Positions 30,274-38,619 of a DNA stretch of 64,000 nt are shown here, piece by piece; the first letter of the stretch is position 1, and each line of letters begins with the position of its first letter. The notes beneath the pieces are model-generated. The model was not told the origin of the DNA, made no database searches, and saw only the letters and a program-made list of their open reading frames with translations. Source of the DNA: Armatimonadota bacterium (GTDB lineage: Bacteria > Armatimonadota > SYMT01); contig JAWLHY010000001.1 in assembly GCA_041690135.1 (NCBI GenBank), forward strand, positions 992,001 to 1,056,000, given 5' to 3'. Made by a program: the position numbers and the translations under genes.

Positions 30274-30714
30274 TCACATCCGTCGCAGCAGTACGACTCC
30301 GGCGGCAATCAACGCCGCACCCAGCAGGCGGCCGGCCGAAATTGGTTGACGCTCTACCCCTAGCCAGCCGAAGTGGTCCAGCACCAGCGACATTCCCATC
30401 TGTCCGGCAACCACGAGCCCCAGCGTCACCGCGATGCCCAGCCGCGGCGGCGCGATGATCGCCACCACCACGTAGAAGGCGCCCAGCAGACCGCCGGTCC
30501 ATGCCCAGGAAGGGATACGCTGCAGCACCACCGCCGTAGGAAGAGGAGGCCGGGCCAGGGCCAGGTAGAGAAGTATCCCGGCGGTGCCCACGAGGAACGA
30601 GACCAGGCCGGCCAGCACCGGATGCCCTAACTCCCGGCCCAGGCGCGCATTCACGCCCACCTGCAGCCCCACCGCCGCCCCCGCTGCCGCCACCAGCAAC
30701 ATGAACCAGGCCAT
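30274..30714 (-). CDS. DMT family transporter (YdcZ/DUF606-like)
   Basis: QVGVNARL, SFLVGT, WAWTGGLLGA, AGQ...LDHFG, RLLGAAL. Confidence 0.9.
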   Translation of the reverse strand: MAWFMLLVAAAGAAVGLQVGVNARLGRELGHPVLAGLVSFLVGTAGILLYLALARPPLPTAVVLQRIPSWAWTGGLLGAFYVVVAIIAPPRLGIAVTLGLVVAGQMGMSLVLDHFGWLGVERQPISAGRLLGAALIAAGVVLLRRM

Positions 30715-30841
30715 CCGTTCTACGCCTTTCCGCCCACTGGAGGTATACTCGTTTCTCCGGTGAATGTTACGACAGTCTCCGCCCAGGACGCCATCCGGGC
30801 ACCCGTTTCCTGGCGTTCGGCCGGCTGGACCCGTAGGAGCA

Positions 30842-31819
30842 ATGGATACTTCGCACTCCGCCGAATCCCTCATTGAACAGGGTTGTGACCTTCTGGAGCA
30901 GGAACGCTTCCAGGAAGCCATCGCCTGTTTCGATTTCGCCCTCCGGTTCGATTCCGACTCCGCTTACGCCTGGTATTGCCGGGGCTGCGCCCTTTCCTCG
31001 CTGGAGCGATACGCGGAAGCCGCCGAGTCGTACTTGAAGGTCACGAAGCTGGCCCCGGAACGCAGCATCGCCTGGTACAACCTCGGTAACGCGCTCCAGC
31101 AACTCGGCCAGGTCGAGCAGGCGCTGCAGTGCTTCGACGCGGCTACCCACCTCGACCCGGAAGACGCCGATGCCTGGATCAACAAAGGCCGGCTCCTCGA
31201 CGATGCGGGTGACCCTTCGCAAGCCATCGAATGCTACGACCGCGCCCTGGACCTCGCCCCGGAGGACCTGGTCGCCTGGTCCAATCGCGGGAATAGCTTG
31301 AAAGATCTGGAACAGTTCGAGGCGGCCCTGGAGAGCTACCAGGAGGCCTTGAGGCTGCAGGCTCACCATTGGCCCGCCCTGTTCGGCGCCGGGGATTGCC
31401 TGATGGCTCTGGACCGGCCGCAGGAGGCCCTCGGTTTCCTGGAGCGGGGTCTTCGGTACAACCCGGAATGGGCGGCCGGTTGGTGCAACCGCGGCGTGGT
31501 GCTGGGCCAGCTCGGACTGGATACGGAGGCGCTATTGTCCCTTCAAGAGGCGGTGAAACGGGAGCCGGATGAACCGGCGGTTTGGAACAATCTGGCGGAA
31601 ATCCACGCGCGTCTGGAGCAATCCGAAGAAGCGATCCAGGCTTTCGACCGCGCCCTGGCCCTCTCCAACTCTTACGCTCCCGCCTGGTTCGGAAAGGCAC
31701 GTCTCCTCTACCACCTGGGTCAACAGGACCAGGCGCGCAGAGCGTACCAGCAGTACGTCACCCACGGCGATCCCGAAGACCCGCATGTCCGCCAGGTCCG
31801 TCAGTGGCTTGCCTCCTGA
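30842..31819 (+). CDS. TPR repeat protein (about 9 canonical TPRs)
   Basis: AWYCRG, AWYNLG, AWINKG, AWSNRG, GWCNRG, VWNNLA, AWFGKA repeats. Confidence 0.93.
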   Translation: MDTSHSAESLIEQGCDLLEQERFQEAIACFDFALRFDSDSAYAWYCRGCALSSLERYAEAAESYLKVTKLAPERSIAWYNLGNALQQLGQVEQALQCFDAATHLDPEDADAWINKGRLLDDAGDPSQAIECYDRALDLAPEDLVAWSNRGNSLKDLEQFEAALESYQEALRLQAHHWPALFGAGDCLMALDRPQEALGFLERGLRYNPEWAAGWCNRGVVLGQLGLDTEALLSLQEAVKREPDEPAVWNNLAEIHARLEQSEEAIQAFDRALALSNSYAPAWFGKARLLYHLGQQDQARRAYQQYVTHGDPEDPHVRQVRQWLAS

Positions 31820-31820
31820 G

Positions 31821-33407
31821 ATGGAAGAACCCACCCACGAAGATCGTCAGCTTTCGCTCTCACTCCGCGACGAAGCAGGCTTGCGCGCCATGTTGGAAGC
31901 CGTGGTGGACCAGCTTCCGGCGGGAGTTATCCTGGCTGAGGCGCCCTCCGGGCGCCTCATCTTGGGAAACCGGGAAGTAGAGCGCATCTTCCGTCAGTCT
32001 TTCCAACCGGCGTCGGCCGCCGAGAGTTACGAACGTTGGATCCTCATGCGCCCGGACGGAACTCCCTTGCCCACCGACGAGCGTCCCCTTCGCCGCGCGC
32101 TCCGGGGAGAGACGGTTACCCAGGATGAGGTTGCAATCCAGCGGGGTGATGGGACGCAGGGATTACTCTCGGTCAACGCGTCGCCCGTTCTGGATGAGGC
32201 GGGGTCGATCATTGCCGCCGTGGCCACCTTCACCGATGTGACGCTCCAGAAGCAGCTCGAGCAGGAATTGCGCGCGAGCGAAGAGCGCTTCCGCACCCTG
32301 GTCGAACAGTCGCCGTTGAGCATTCAAGTACTGGCGCCGGACGGCACCACCCTGCAGGTGAACCGGGCCTGGGAAGAACTGTGGAGCCTGACTCTGGCGC
32401 AGTTGCAGCAGGTCGGCTATAACGTGCTGCAGGACCCCCAGTTGGAGCAACGGGGCATTCTTCCTTACCTACGGAGAGGGTTTGCCGGCGAGGCGACGCG
32501 CATTCCGCCCATTCTCTACCAGCAGCATGAGACGCTGCCCCAGGCGGCTTCGCCGGATGATTCGGGACGGTGGGTGCGAGCCGTAATCTACCCGGTGCGC
32601 AATCTGGCGGGAACGATCGAGCGGCTGGTGCTCATCCACGAGGACTTCACGGAAACCAAGCGCTTGGAGGAGGCGCTGGCGCAGCGAGTGAAGGAGCTGG
32701 CCGCCGCGGACCGTCGCAAAGATGAGTTCCTGGCTATGCTCGGGCACGAATTACGAAACCCACTGAGTGCCGTGGCGAATGCGCTCCAGGTGATGGAGAT
32801 CGCCCCGCCCGGCTCGCCCGCTTTCCAGCGCAGCTTCGCGGTGGCCCGTCGCCAGTTGGCCCATCAGCAACGGATCGTGGATGATTTGCTCGATGTGAAC
32901 CGGATTTCGCGGGGGCGTATCCAACTCTACTCCGAGCAACTCGATCTGGCAGCTCTCGTTCGGGATGCGGTGGAGGATCGGCGCGACAGCATTCAGGCCG
33001 TGGGGCTCGAATTGTCGGAAGACATTCCGCCCAGCCCCGTCCAGGTGACCGGTGACCGTACCCGCCTGCTTCAGGTGGTGGACAACCTCCTGGACAATGC
33101 TCGCAAGTTTACGCCTCCGGGCGGCCGGATTCACGTGCGCCTCCTATTCGATCCCGCTGTGCGTGAGGCTCGCCTCGTAGTGGCTGACACGGGGGTCGGG
33201 TTGGACCCGGATCTCCGCGAGTACCTGTTCGAGGCCTTCGCGCAGGCGGAACACAGTCTCGAGCGCAGCCGTGGCGGTCTTGGCCTGGGACTCTACCTCG
33301 CCCGGAGCCTGGTGGAACTGCATGGGGGCCGCCTTATTGCGGAAAGCGGGGGGCCTGGCCAGGGCACCGAGTTCTCCGTCTATCTACCCCTCGCCGGATC
33401 GAACTGA
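31821..33407 (+). CDS. PAS-PAS sensor histidine kinase
   Basis: Two PAS domains; GHELRNP H-box; NLLDNARKFT, DTGVG, GLGLGL. Confidence 0.93.
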   Translation: MEEPTHEDRQLSLSLRDEAGLRAMLEAVVDQLPAGVILAEAPSGRLILGNREVERIFRQSFQPASAAESYERWILMRPDGTPLPTDERPLRRALRGETVTQDEVAIQRGDGTQGLLSVNASPVLDEAGSIIAAVATFTDVTLQKQLEQELRASEERFRTLVEQSPLSIQVLAPDGTTLQVNRAWEELWSLTLAQLQQVGYNVLQDPQLEQRGILPYLRRGFAGEATRIPPILYQQHETLPQAASPDDSGRWVRAVIYPVRNLAGTIERLVLIHEDFTETKRLEEALAQRVKELAAADRRKDEFLAMLGHELRNPLSAVANALQVMEIAPPGSPAFQRSFAVARRQLAHQQRIVDDLLDVNRISRGRIQLYSEQLDLAALVRDAVEDRRDSIQAVGLELSEDIPPSPVQVTGDRTRLLQVVDNLLDNARKFTPPGGRIHVRLLFDPAVREARLVVADTGVGLDPDLREYLFEAFAQAEHSLERSRGGLGLGLYLARSLVELHGGRLIAESGGPGQGTEFSVYLPLAGSN

Positions 33408-33408
33408 C

Positions 33409-33458
33409 CAAAATAAATCGGGCCCGCGTTCCGTTGGAATGCGGGCCCGATTTATTTT
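33409..33458. terminator. Bidirectional intrinsic terminator
   Basis: AAAATAAATCGGGCCCGCGTTCC-gtt-GGAATGCGGGCCCGATTTATTTT between convergent genes. Confidence 0.85.
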
Positions 33459-33473
33459 GCTATCCGTTAAGGA

Positions 33474-33824
33474 TTACCAGCGGTTGCCACCGCCGCCGCC
33501 GTAGCCGCCGCGGCCACCGCCCCGGCTGCCGCCGCCGCCACCGTAGCCGCCGCCACCGCCGTAGCCGCCACCACCGCTGCGCTCGGGGCGCGGGCGGGCT
33601 TCGTTGACGTTGAGGGTGCGGCCATCCAGCTCCTTGCCGTTCATGGCGGAGATGGCCTCGTTCAGCTTGTCATCGTCCACGTCCACGAACCCGAAACCCT
33701 TGCCGCGGCCATCGTGATCCGTGGGGATCGTGGCGCTGGTGGCGCCGTAGGGCGCGAAGGCGCTCTGCAGTTGCGCTTCGTTCGTGTTCCAGGAAAGGTT
33801 ACCGACGAAAAGTCGCTTGCTCAT
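33474..33824 (-). CDS. Glycine-rich RRM RNA-binding protein
   Basis: RNP2 LFVGNL, RNP1 KGFGFV, LNVNEARPR, Gly/Tyr/Arg tail; GGAGG RBS. Confidence 0.95.
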   Translation of the reverse strand: MSKRLFVGNLSWNTNEAQLQSAFAPYGATSATIPTDHDGRGKGFGFVDVDDDKLNEAISAMNGKELDGRTLNVNEARPRPERSGGGGYGGGGGYGGGGGSRGGGRGGYGGGGGNRW

Positions 33825-33942
33825 TCTGTATGTTCCTCCCGGTCATCCGGTGCTCCCCGAAGGGGCCGACATGCCGGTCTCGATGCGGCTCGACCCGAGC
33901 CACGTGGGGTCAACAGAGGGTCCGTCGGCGATCGGCAACAGA

Positions 33943-33996
33943 AGACAAAAACAAACAGCCCGCGCCCGGTGCTGGTATAGCACTAGCGGGGCAGGC
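33943..33996 (-). terminator. Terminator-like hairpin plus U tract inside the RRM gene leader
   Basis: Minus strand GCCTGCCCCGCTAGTGCT-ATACC-AGCACCGGGCGCGGGC followed by TGTTTGTTTTTGTCT. Confidence 0.55.
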
Positions 33997-34050
33997 CTGG
34001 GCTTCCGAAACGGTAATGCTGTACGAACTCGATCTGAACTTGACGGGGAC

Positions 34051-34079
34051 ACTTTACCATGGCCCGGGAGAGATGGCAA
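34051..34079 (-). promoter_or_regulatory. Sigma70-type promoter for the RRM gene
   Basis: Minus strand TTGCCA-17 bp-TAAAGT with TG extension. Confidence 0.6.
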
Positions 34080-34235
34080 CAAAATCGTAACGGGGAAAAG
34101 AAATCCTTTTGCGGGCCCCGGGGAACGTTGATTCTTCGCCCGCTTGCGGGATATTCCGTTACTGTCCCCGTCGCCGGGAAGGTTTGGAACGCTTCCCCGT
34201 GGGGCCAAGATGAAGGCAGGTGGAAGGAGCTAACC

Positions 34236-34694
34236 ATGAGTGCGGAAACCACACCCTCCACGGCGCGGAAACACTCGGCGTCCGGATATGACATCACCCC
34301 GCTGACCCCGGCGGAGCGCGACCGGCTGGCGTCCGGCCTCAGCGCCGAAGAACGCCACGTGCTGCTCGACCACGGCACCGAGCGGGCGTTCTGTGGCGGG
34401 CTCCTGCACAATAAGGGCGAGGGAGTCTATGCCTGCCGTCTCTGCGAACTGCCCCTGTTCCAGTCCGGCGCGAAGTTCGACTCGGGCACCGGCTGGCCCA
34501 GCTTCTACGAGGCGTTCGACCCGGAGCACATCCGGAACATTGAAGATGTCAGTTACGGGATGCGGCGTACCGAGATCCGTTGCGCCCGCTGCGACGCGCA
34601 CCTCGGCCACGTCTTTCCGGACGGCCCTCCTCCCACCGGACTCCGCTACTGCCTCAACTCGGTGGCGATGCAGTTCGTCCCCGACGAAGAGTAA
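34236..34694 (+). CDS. msrB: Peptide-methionine (R)-S-oxide reductase
   Basis: GTERAF, CRLC/CARC Zn ligands, KFDSGTGWPSF, HLGHVFPDGP, RYCLNS. Confidence 0.96.
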   Translation: MSAETTPSTARKHSASGYDITPLTPAERDRLASGLSAEERHVLLDHGTERAFCGGLLHNKGEGVYACRLCELPLFQSGAKFDSGTGWPSFYEAFDPEHIRNIEDVSYGMRRTEIRCARCDAHLGHVFPDGPPPTGLRYCLNSVAMQFVPDEE

Positions 34695-34800
34695 CCCGGC
34701 CGGGGGCACTTCCTCGCGCAAATGAATGGTCCGCCGGTGGACTATCATTCCGTAACGGAGCCCACCGGCTGAAGACCGGCTCCGGACCGCGAGGAGCGAG

Positions 34801-35625
34801 ATGCCACAACCCTCTCCAGCCACCACGGGCAGGCGGCGCCCTTCACTCCAGGAATTGGGCGTGGACCTGGTTCGTGTCTCACCCCTCCGCCGCACCGTTT
34901 CGCTTGCGCTGCCGTTCGGATATGCGATCGGATACTTCATTCTGGCGATACAAGGTTGGTGGGTTCCCGCCGTCCTCTGCCTGATGGCGCTCAGCTTCGT
35001 CACCTACGGCTCCGTCTCGCACGACCTGGTCCACCGCTCTCTCGGCCTGAACCGCCGGGCGAACGATGTGCTGTTGACCCTCATTGAGTTGCTCGCGCTT
35101 CGGAGCGGGACGGCCTACCGGCTGAGCCACCTCCATCATCACCGGCGCTACCCGGCCGAGGACGATATAGAAGCAGCGGCAGCCGGGATGACCCTGTGGG
35201 GCGCCCTGGTGGAAGGGGTGAAGTTCCAGCTCAAGATTTTTGTCTGGGCGTGGCGGCAGTACCCGGCCCGGCGTAACCGGTTGGCACTGGAGGGGGGCCT
35301 GATCGCCACGCTTTATGGGACGGGTGGACTGCTCCTTCCCTGGACCCCGGTTCCGTTCCTCTATGCCCTGTTGATGACGACGGGCGCCTGGGTCATCCCG
35401 CTCATCACCTCATATCTGCCGCACGATCCGCACGCGGAGGATGAGCTGCACCAGACCCGCGCCTACCGCGGCACGGTGTTCTCCATCCTGGCTTTCCAGC
35501 ACCTCTATCACCTGGAACACCACCTTTACCCCGCGGTGCCTCATCATCACTGGCCGGAGCTGGCGCGGCGGCTGGACCCCTTTCTGCAGCGGTCGGGGGT
35601 CGTTCCCCTCCGGCTCTGGTTCTAA
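34801..35625 (+). CDS. Membrane fatty-acid-desaturase-family di-iron enzyme
   Basis: His boxes HDLVH, HLHHH, HLEHH; hydrophobic segments. Confidence 0.88.
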   Translation: MPQPSPATTGRRRPSLQELGVDLVRVSPLRRTVSLALPFGYAIGYFILAIQGWWVPAVLCLMALSFVTYGSVSHDLVHRSLGLNRRANDVLLTLIELLALRSGTAYRLSHLHHHRRYPAEDDIEAAAAGMTLWGALVEGVKFQLKIFVWAWRQYPARRNRLALEGGLIATLYGTGGLLLPWTPVPFLYALLMTTGAWVIPLITSYLPHDPHAEDELHQTRAYRGTVFSILAFQHLYHLEHHLYPAVPHHHWPELARRLDPFLQRSGVVPLRLWF

Positions 35626-35634
35626 AGTTTAAAG

Positions 35635-36612
35635 ATGGTTGCCCGCTGGCTCATCCGTTACGGTTGGCGTCCCTTCGAGATCCTGGCGCGGAGCACTCCG
35701 CCCTGGCCGCTCTCGGCACGCCTGGAGGAGCCGCTTCCGGGAGTGGTCTGCGTGCGGGTCGAGAACGGGATGACCCGCGCCCTGTCCCGTCTGGCGGGCG
35801 GCTATGACTACGCGGTCCTCTATGTTCTCCGCGGCTCCGTGATGATCGATACCGGCTATCCCTGGGCGGCGCGCGAGCTCCGGCGGGTCTTTGCCTCGCA
35901 GGGCTGGGGCCGCACCGTGCGGACCGTCATCAACACCCACTACCACGAGGACCACATCGGGAACAACGATGTGGTCGCGGAGCTGACGGGTGCTCGTTTC
36001 CTGGGTGGCGACGCAACAACCGCGGAGGTGCGGTTACCTGCCCGGCTGCCCTGGTACCGGCGGTTCCTGTTCGGCCCGGTCTCCCCGCTGCGGCCGGTAC
36101 GGATGGAGGTCGCCCCCTCGCGGCTGGAAGTGGACGATCTGGTGCTGGAATGCCTGGAGACCCCGGGGCACTGCCCCGGCCACCTGTGCGTCTTCGTACC
36201 CGAGACCGGTTGGCTCTTCAGCGGCGACCTGTTCGTGGCGCCGGATCTGGACACCCAACTCCCCGACGTGGACGGCCCCGCATGGATTCGTAGTCTCGAA
36301 CGGATCCTCACGCTTCCGGTCACCGCCCTCTTCGATGCCCACGGCACCGTCATCCTGGGCGAGGTCCCGGTGCGTCAGGCGTTACGGCTCAAGCTGGAGT
36401 TCTTGCGGGAGATCCGGGGCCGCGTCGAGGTCCATCTGGAAGAGGCCACGAGTCTGGATGATCTCACCCAGCGGGTCTTCCCTACGCACAACTGCAAGGA
36501 GCGCCTGGCCCTGGGAGACGGATGGCTCTCGGTCTGGACCGGCGCCGACTTCTCTCGGTATCACCTCGTCCGTTCGTTCGCCCGTTCTCTGTTGGCGCCA
36601 CGACCCGATTAG
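35635..36612 (+). CDS. MBL-fold metallo-hydrolase
   Basis: IDTG, THYHEDH, PGHCPGH, SGDLF, DAHG. Confidence 0.9.
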   Translation: MVARWLIRYGWRPFEILARSTPPWPLSARLEEPLPGVVCVRVENGMTRALSRLAGGYDYAVLYVLRGSVMIDTGYPWAARELRRVFASQGWGRTVRTVINTHYHEDHIGNNDVVAELTGARFLGGDATTAEVRLPARLPWYRRFLFGPVSPLRPVRMEVAPSRLEVDDLVLECLETPGHCPGHLCVFVPETGWLFSGDLFVAPDLDTQLPDVDGPAWIRSLERILTLPVTALFDAHGTVILGEVPVRQALRLKLEFLREIRGRVEVHLEEATSLDDLTQRVFPTHNCKERLALGDGWLSVWTGADFSRYHLVRSFARSLLAPRPD

Positions 36613-36646
36613 GCTCCTTCTCCGGTCTGTTCCCGGTGTTCCCCTC

Positions 36647-37876
36647 TTACTCTCGGCGGAGAGCTTCGATCGGGTGGAGCTTGGCGGCTTTACGGGCGGG
36701 CCAGTAGCCAAAGAAGATCCCGATACCGGCGGAGACGCCGACCGCGAGGAGCACGCTTTCCAGCGTGGGGGTGATGTTCCACTTGGAGATGCGGGCGGCG
36801 ATAAGGGCGATGCCGCCGCCGAAGAGGACCCCGAGGATCCCTCCGGCGATGGAGAGCAATGCGGACTCGATCAGGAATTGGGCGCGGATGTTCGCTTCGG
36901 TGGCGCCGAGGGCCTTGCGGATGCCGATCTCGCGGGTCCGCTCGGTCACCGAGACGAGCATGATGTTCATGATTCCGATCCCGCCGACGGTGAGGGAGAT
37001 CCCCGCGATGCTCGCCAGCAGGATGGTGAGCACCCCCGTGATGGTCTGCATGATCTTCAGGAGCTGGGCCTGGGAGAGCACGGTGAAGTCGTCGTTATCG
37101 GGGAACGGCGGCGAGAGACGGTGGCGGCGCCGGAGCAGGGAGATGATCTGCTCCTGGGCCAGGTCGATGGTGTCGGAGGAGCGGCACTCCACGCTGATGG
37201 CGGAGACGTGCTTCTGGTTGAGCACGCGGTAAAGGGCGGTGTTCAGTGGGATCAGGACCATGTCGTCCTGGTTCTCCCCGAACGTGTTGGTGCCTTTCTC
37301 GCCGAGCACGCCAACTACCTTGAACCGGACCCGGTTCAGAGCCACCTCCAGGCCCACGCAGTTCGCGTTCTTGCTGCCGAAGAGGCTCTCCACCACCGTC
37401 TTACCCAGGACCACGACCCGGGACCGGGCGTCCTCGTCGGACTGGTTGAGCTGTCTCCCCAGGGAGATGGTGAAGTTGTTCACCACCAGGAAAGAGGGCG
37501 TGGCGCCGTTGACGGTGGTCCGCCAGTTCTGGTTGCCGGCCTTGACCAAGACGGAACTGCGCACCATCGGGCAGACCCGTGAGACCGTGTTGGCACAGCG
37601 GGCCAGGATTGCCTCCGCGTCCGAGGGTTTCAGGGTCTGTGTCAGCCCGCTGGGCTCGCCGGGGCCTAGCCGGGGGTTGGCGGGAACGATGTAGAGCAGG
37701 TTGTTGCCGAGCTGGCCGACGGAGTTGGTAACGGAAGCCGCCGCCCCCTGCCCTACCGCCACGGCCGCCACGACCGCCGCCACACCGATGATGACGCCCA
37801 GCATGGTAAGGCCGGAGCGCATCCGGTTGTCGCGCAACGCCCGCCAGGCAAAGCGAAAAGTGTCCAGCGGCGTCAT
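36647..37876 (-). CDS. MacB/FtsX-like ABC permease
   Basis: RSGLTMLGVIIGV, GGIGIMNIMLVSVTERTREIGIRKALGA, PIEALRRE. Confidence 0.95.
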   Translation of the reverse strand: MTPLDTFRFAWRALRDNRMRSGLTMLGVIIGVAAVVAAVAVGQGAAASVTNSVGQLGNNLLYIVPANPRLGPGEPSGLTQTLKPSDAEAILARCANTVSRVCPMVRSSVLVKAGNQNWRTTVNGATPSFLVVNNFTISLGRQLNQSDEDARSRVVVLGKTVVESLFGSKNANCVGLEVALNRVRFKVVGVLGEKGTNTFGENQDDMVLIPLNTALYRVLNQKHVSAISVECRSSDTIDLAQEQIISLLRRRHRLSPPFPDNDDFTVLSQAQLLKIMQTITGVLTILLASIAGISLTVGGIGIMNIMLVSVTERTREIGIRKALGATEANIRAQFLIESALLSIAGGILGVLFGGGIALIAARISKWNITPTLESVLLAVGVSAGIGIFFGYWPARKAAKLHPIEALRRE

Positions 37877-38619
37877 CAAAGCTCCAGGATGCCGGTCGTC
37901 AGGTTCTCGGGCGTCTCCAGCCATTCGCGGGCCAGGATGCGCCGCCGGATGGGGCTATCCGCCACGATGTGCCCGTCCTGCACCTGCACCAGCCGCAGGG
38001 CATGGCGGGCGATGTGCGCCTCGTGGGTGACCAGGGCGATGGTGATCCCCTGGTCGCTCAGCTCCTGGAAGATCTGCATGATCTCCTCACCCATCTGGGT
38101 GGAGACGTTCCCGGTCGGTTCGTCGGCGAAGAGGATTCGCGGCTCGCCCGCGATGGCCCGCGCAATCGCCACCCGCTGCTGCTGGCCGCCGGAGAGTTCG
38201 TTCGGACGGTGGTCCATCCGGTTGGCGAGGCCCACTCGTTCCAGCGCCACCTCGGCGCGTTTCCGCCGGTTGGGGATGCCGCCGTAGACCATCGGAAGCT
38301 CCACGTTCTCCAGGGCCGTGTAAGAGGGCAGCAGGTTGAAGCTCTGGAACACGAAGCCGATCATCCGATTGCGGATCCGGGCCAGCTCGATGTCGTCCAT
38401 CGCCGAGACCTCCTCGCCGGCGAGATGGTACGTGCCGCTGGTCGGTGCGTCGAGGCACCCCAGGATGTGCATCAGGGTGCTCTTCCCGGAGCCGGAGGGG
38501 CCCATGATGGCGACGAACTCCCCGTCGCCCACCGTGAGGTCCACGCCGTCCAGCGCGCGGACTTCCTGGTCCCCCATCCGGTAGATCTTCCGGATGTCGC
38601 GGAGCGTGATCAGGCTCAT
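37876..38619 (-). CDS. MacB/LolD-like ABC ATP-binding protein
   Basis: GPSGSGKS, LSGGQQQR, FADEPTGN. Confidence 0.95.
   Translation of the reverse strand: MSLITLRDIRKIYRMGDQEVRALDGVDLTVGDGEFVAIMGPSGSGKSTLMHILGCLDAPTSGTYHLAGEEVSAMDDIELARIRNRMIGFVFQSFNLLPSYTALENVELPMVYGGIPNRRKRAEVALERVGLANRMDHRPNELSGGQQQRVAIARAIAGEPRILFADEPTGNVSTQMGEEIMQIFQELSDQGITIALVTHEAHIARHALRLVQVQDGHIVADSPIRRRILAREWLETPENLTTGILEL

Noticed and set aside
35990-37582. 530-aa plus-strand ORF
   Set aside because: Overlaps the MBL gene off-frame and the ABC permease antisense; no domain signal.
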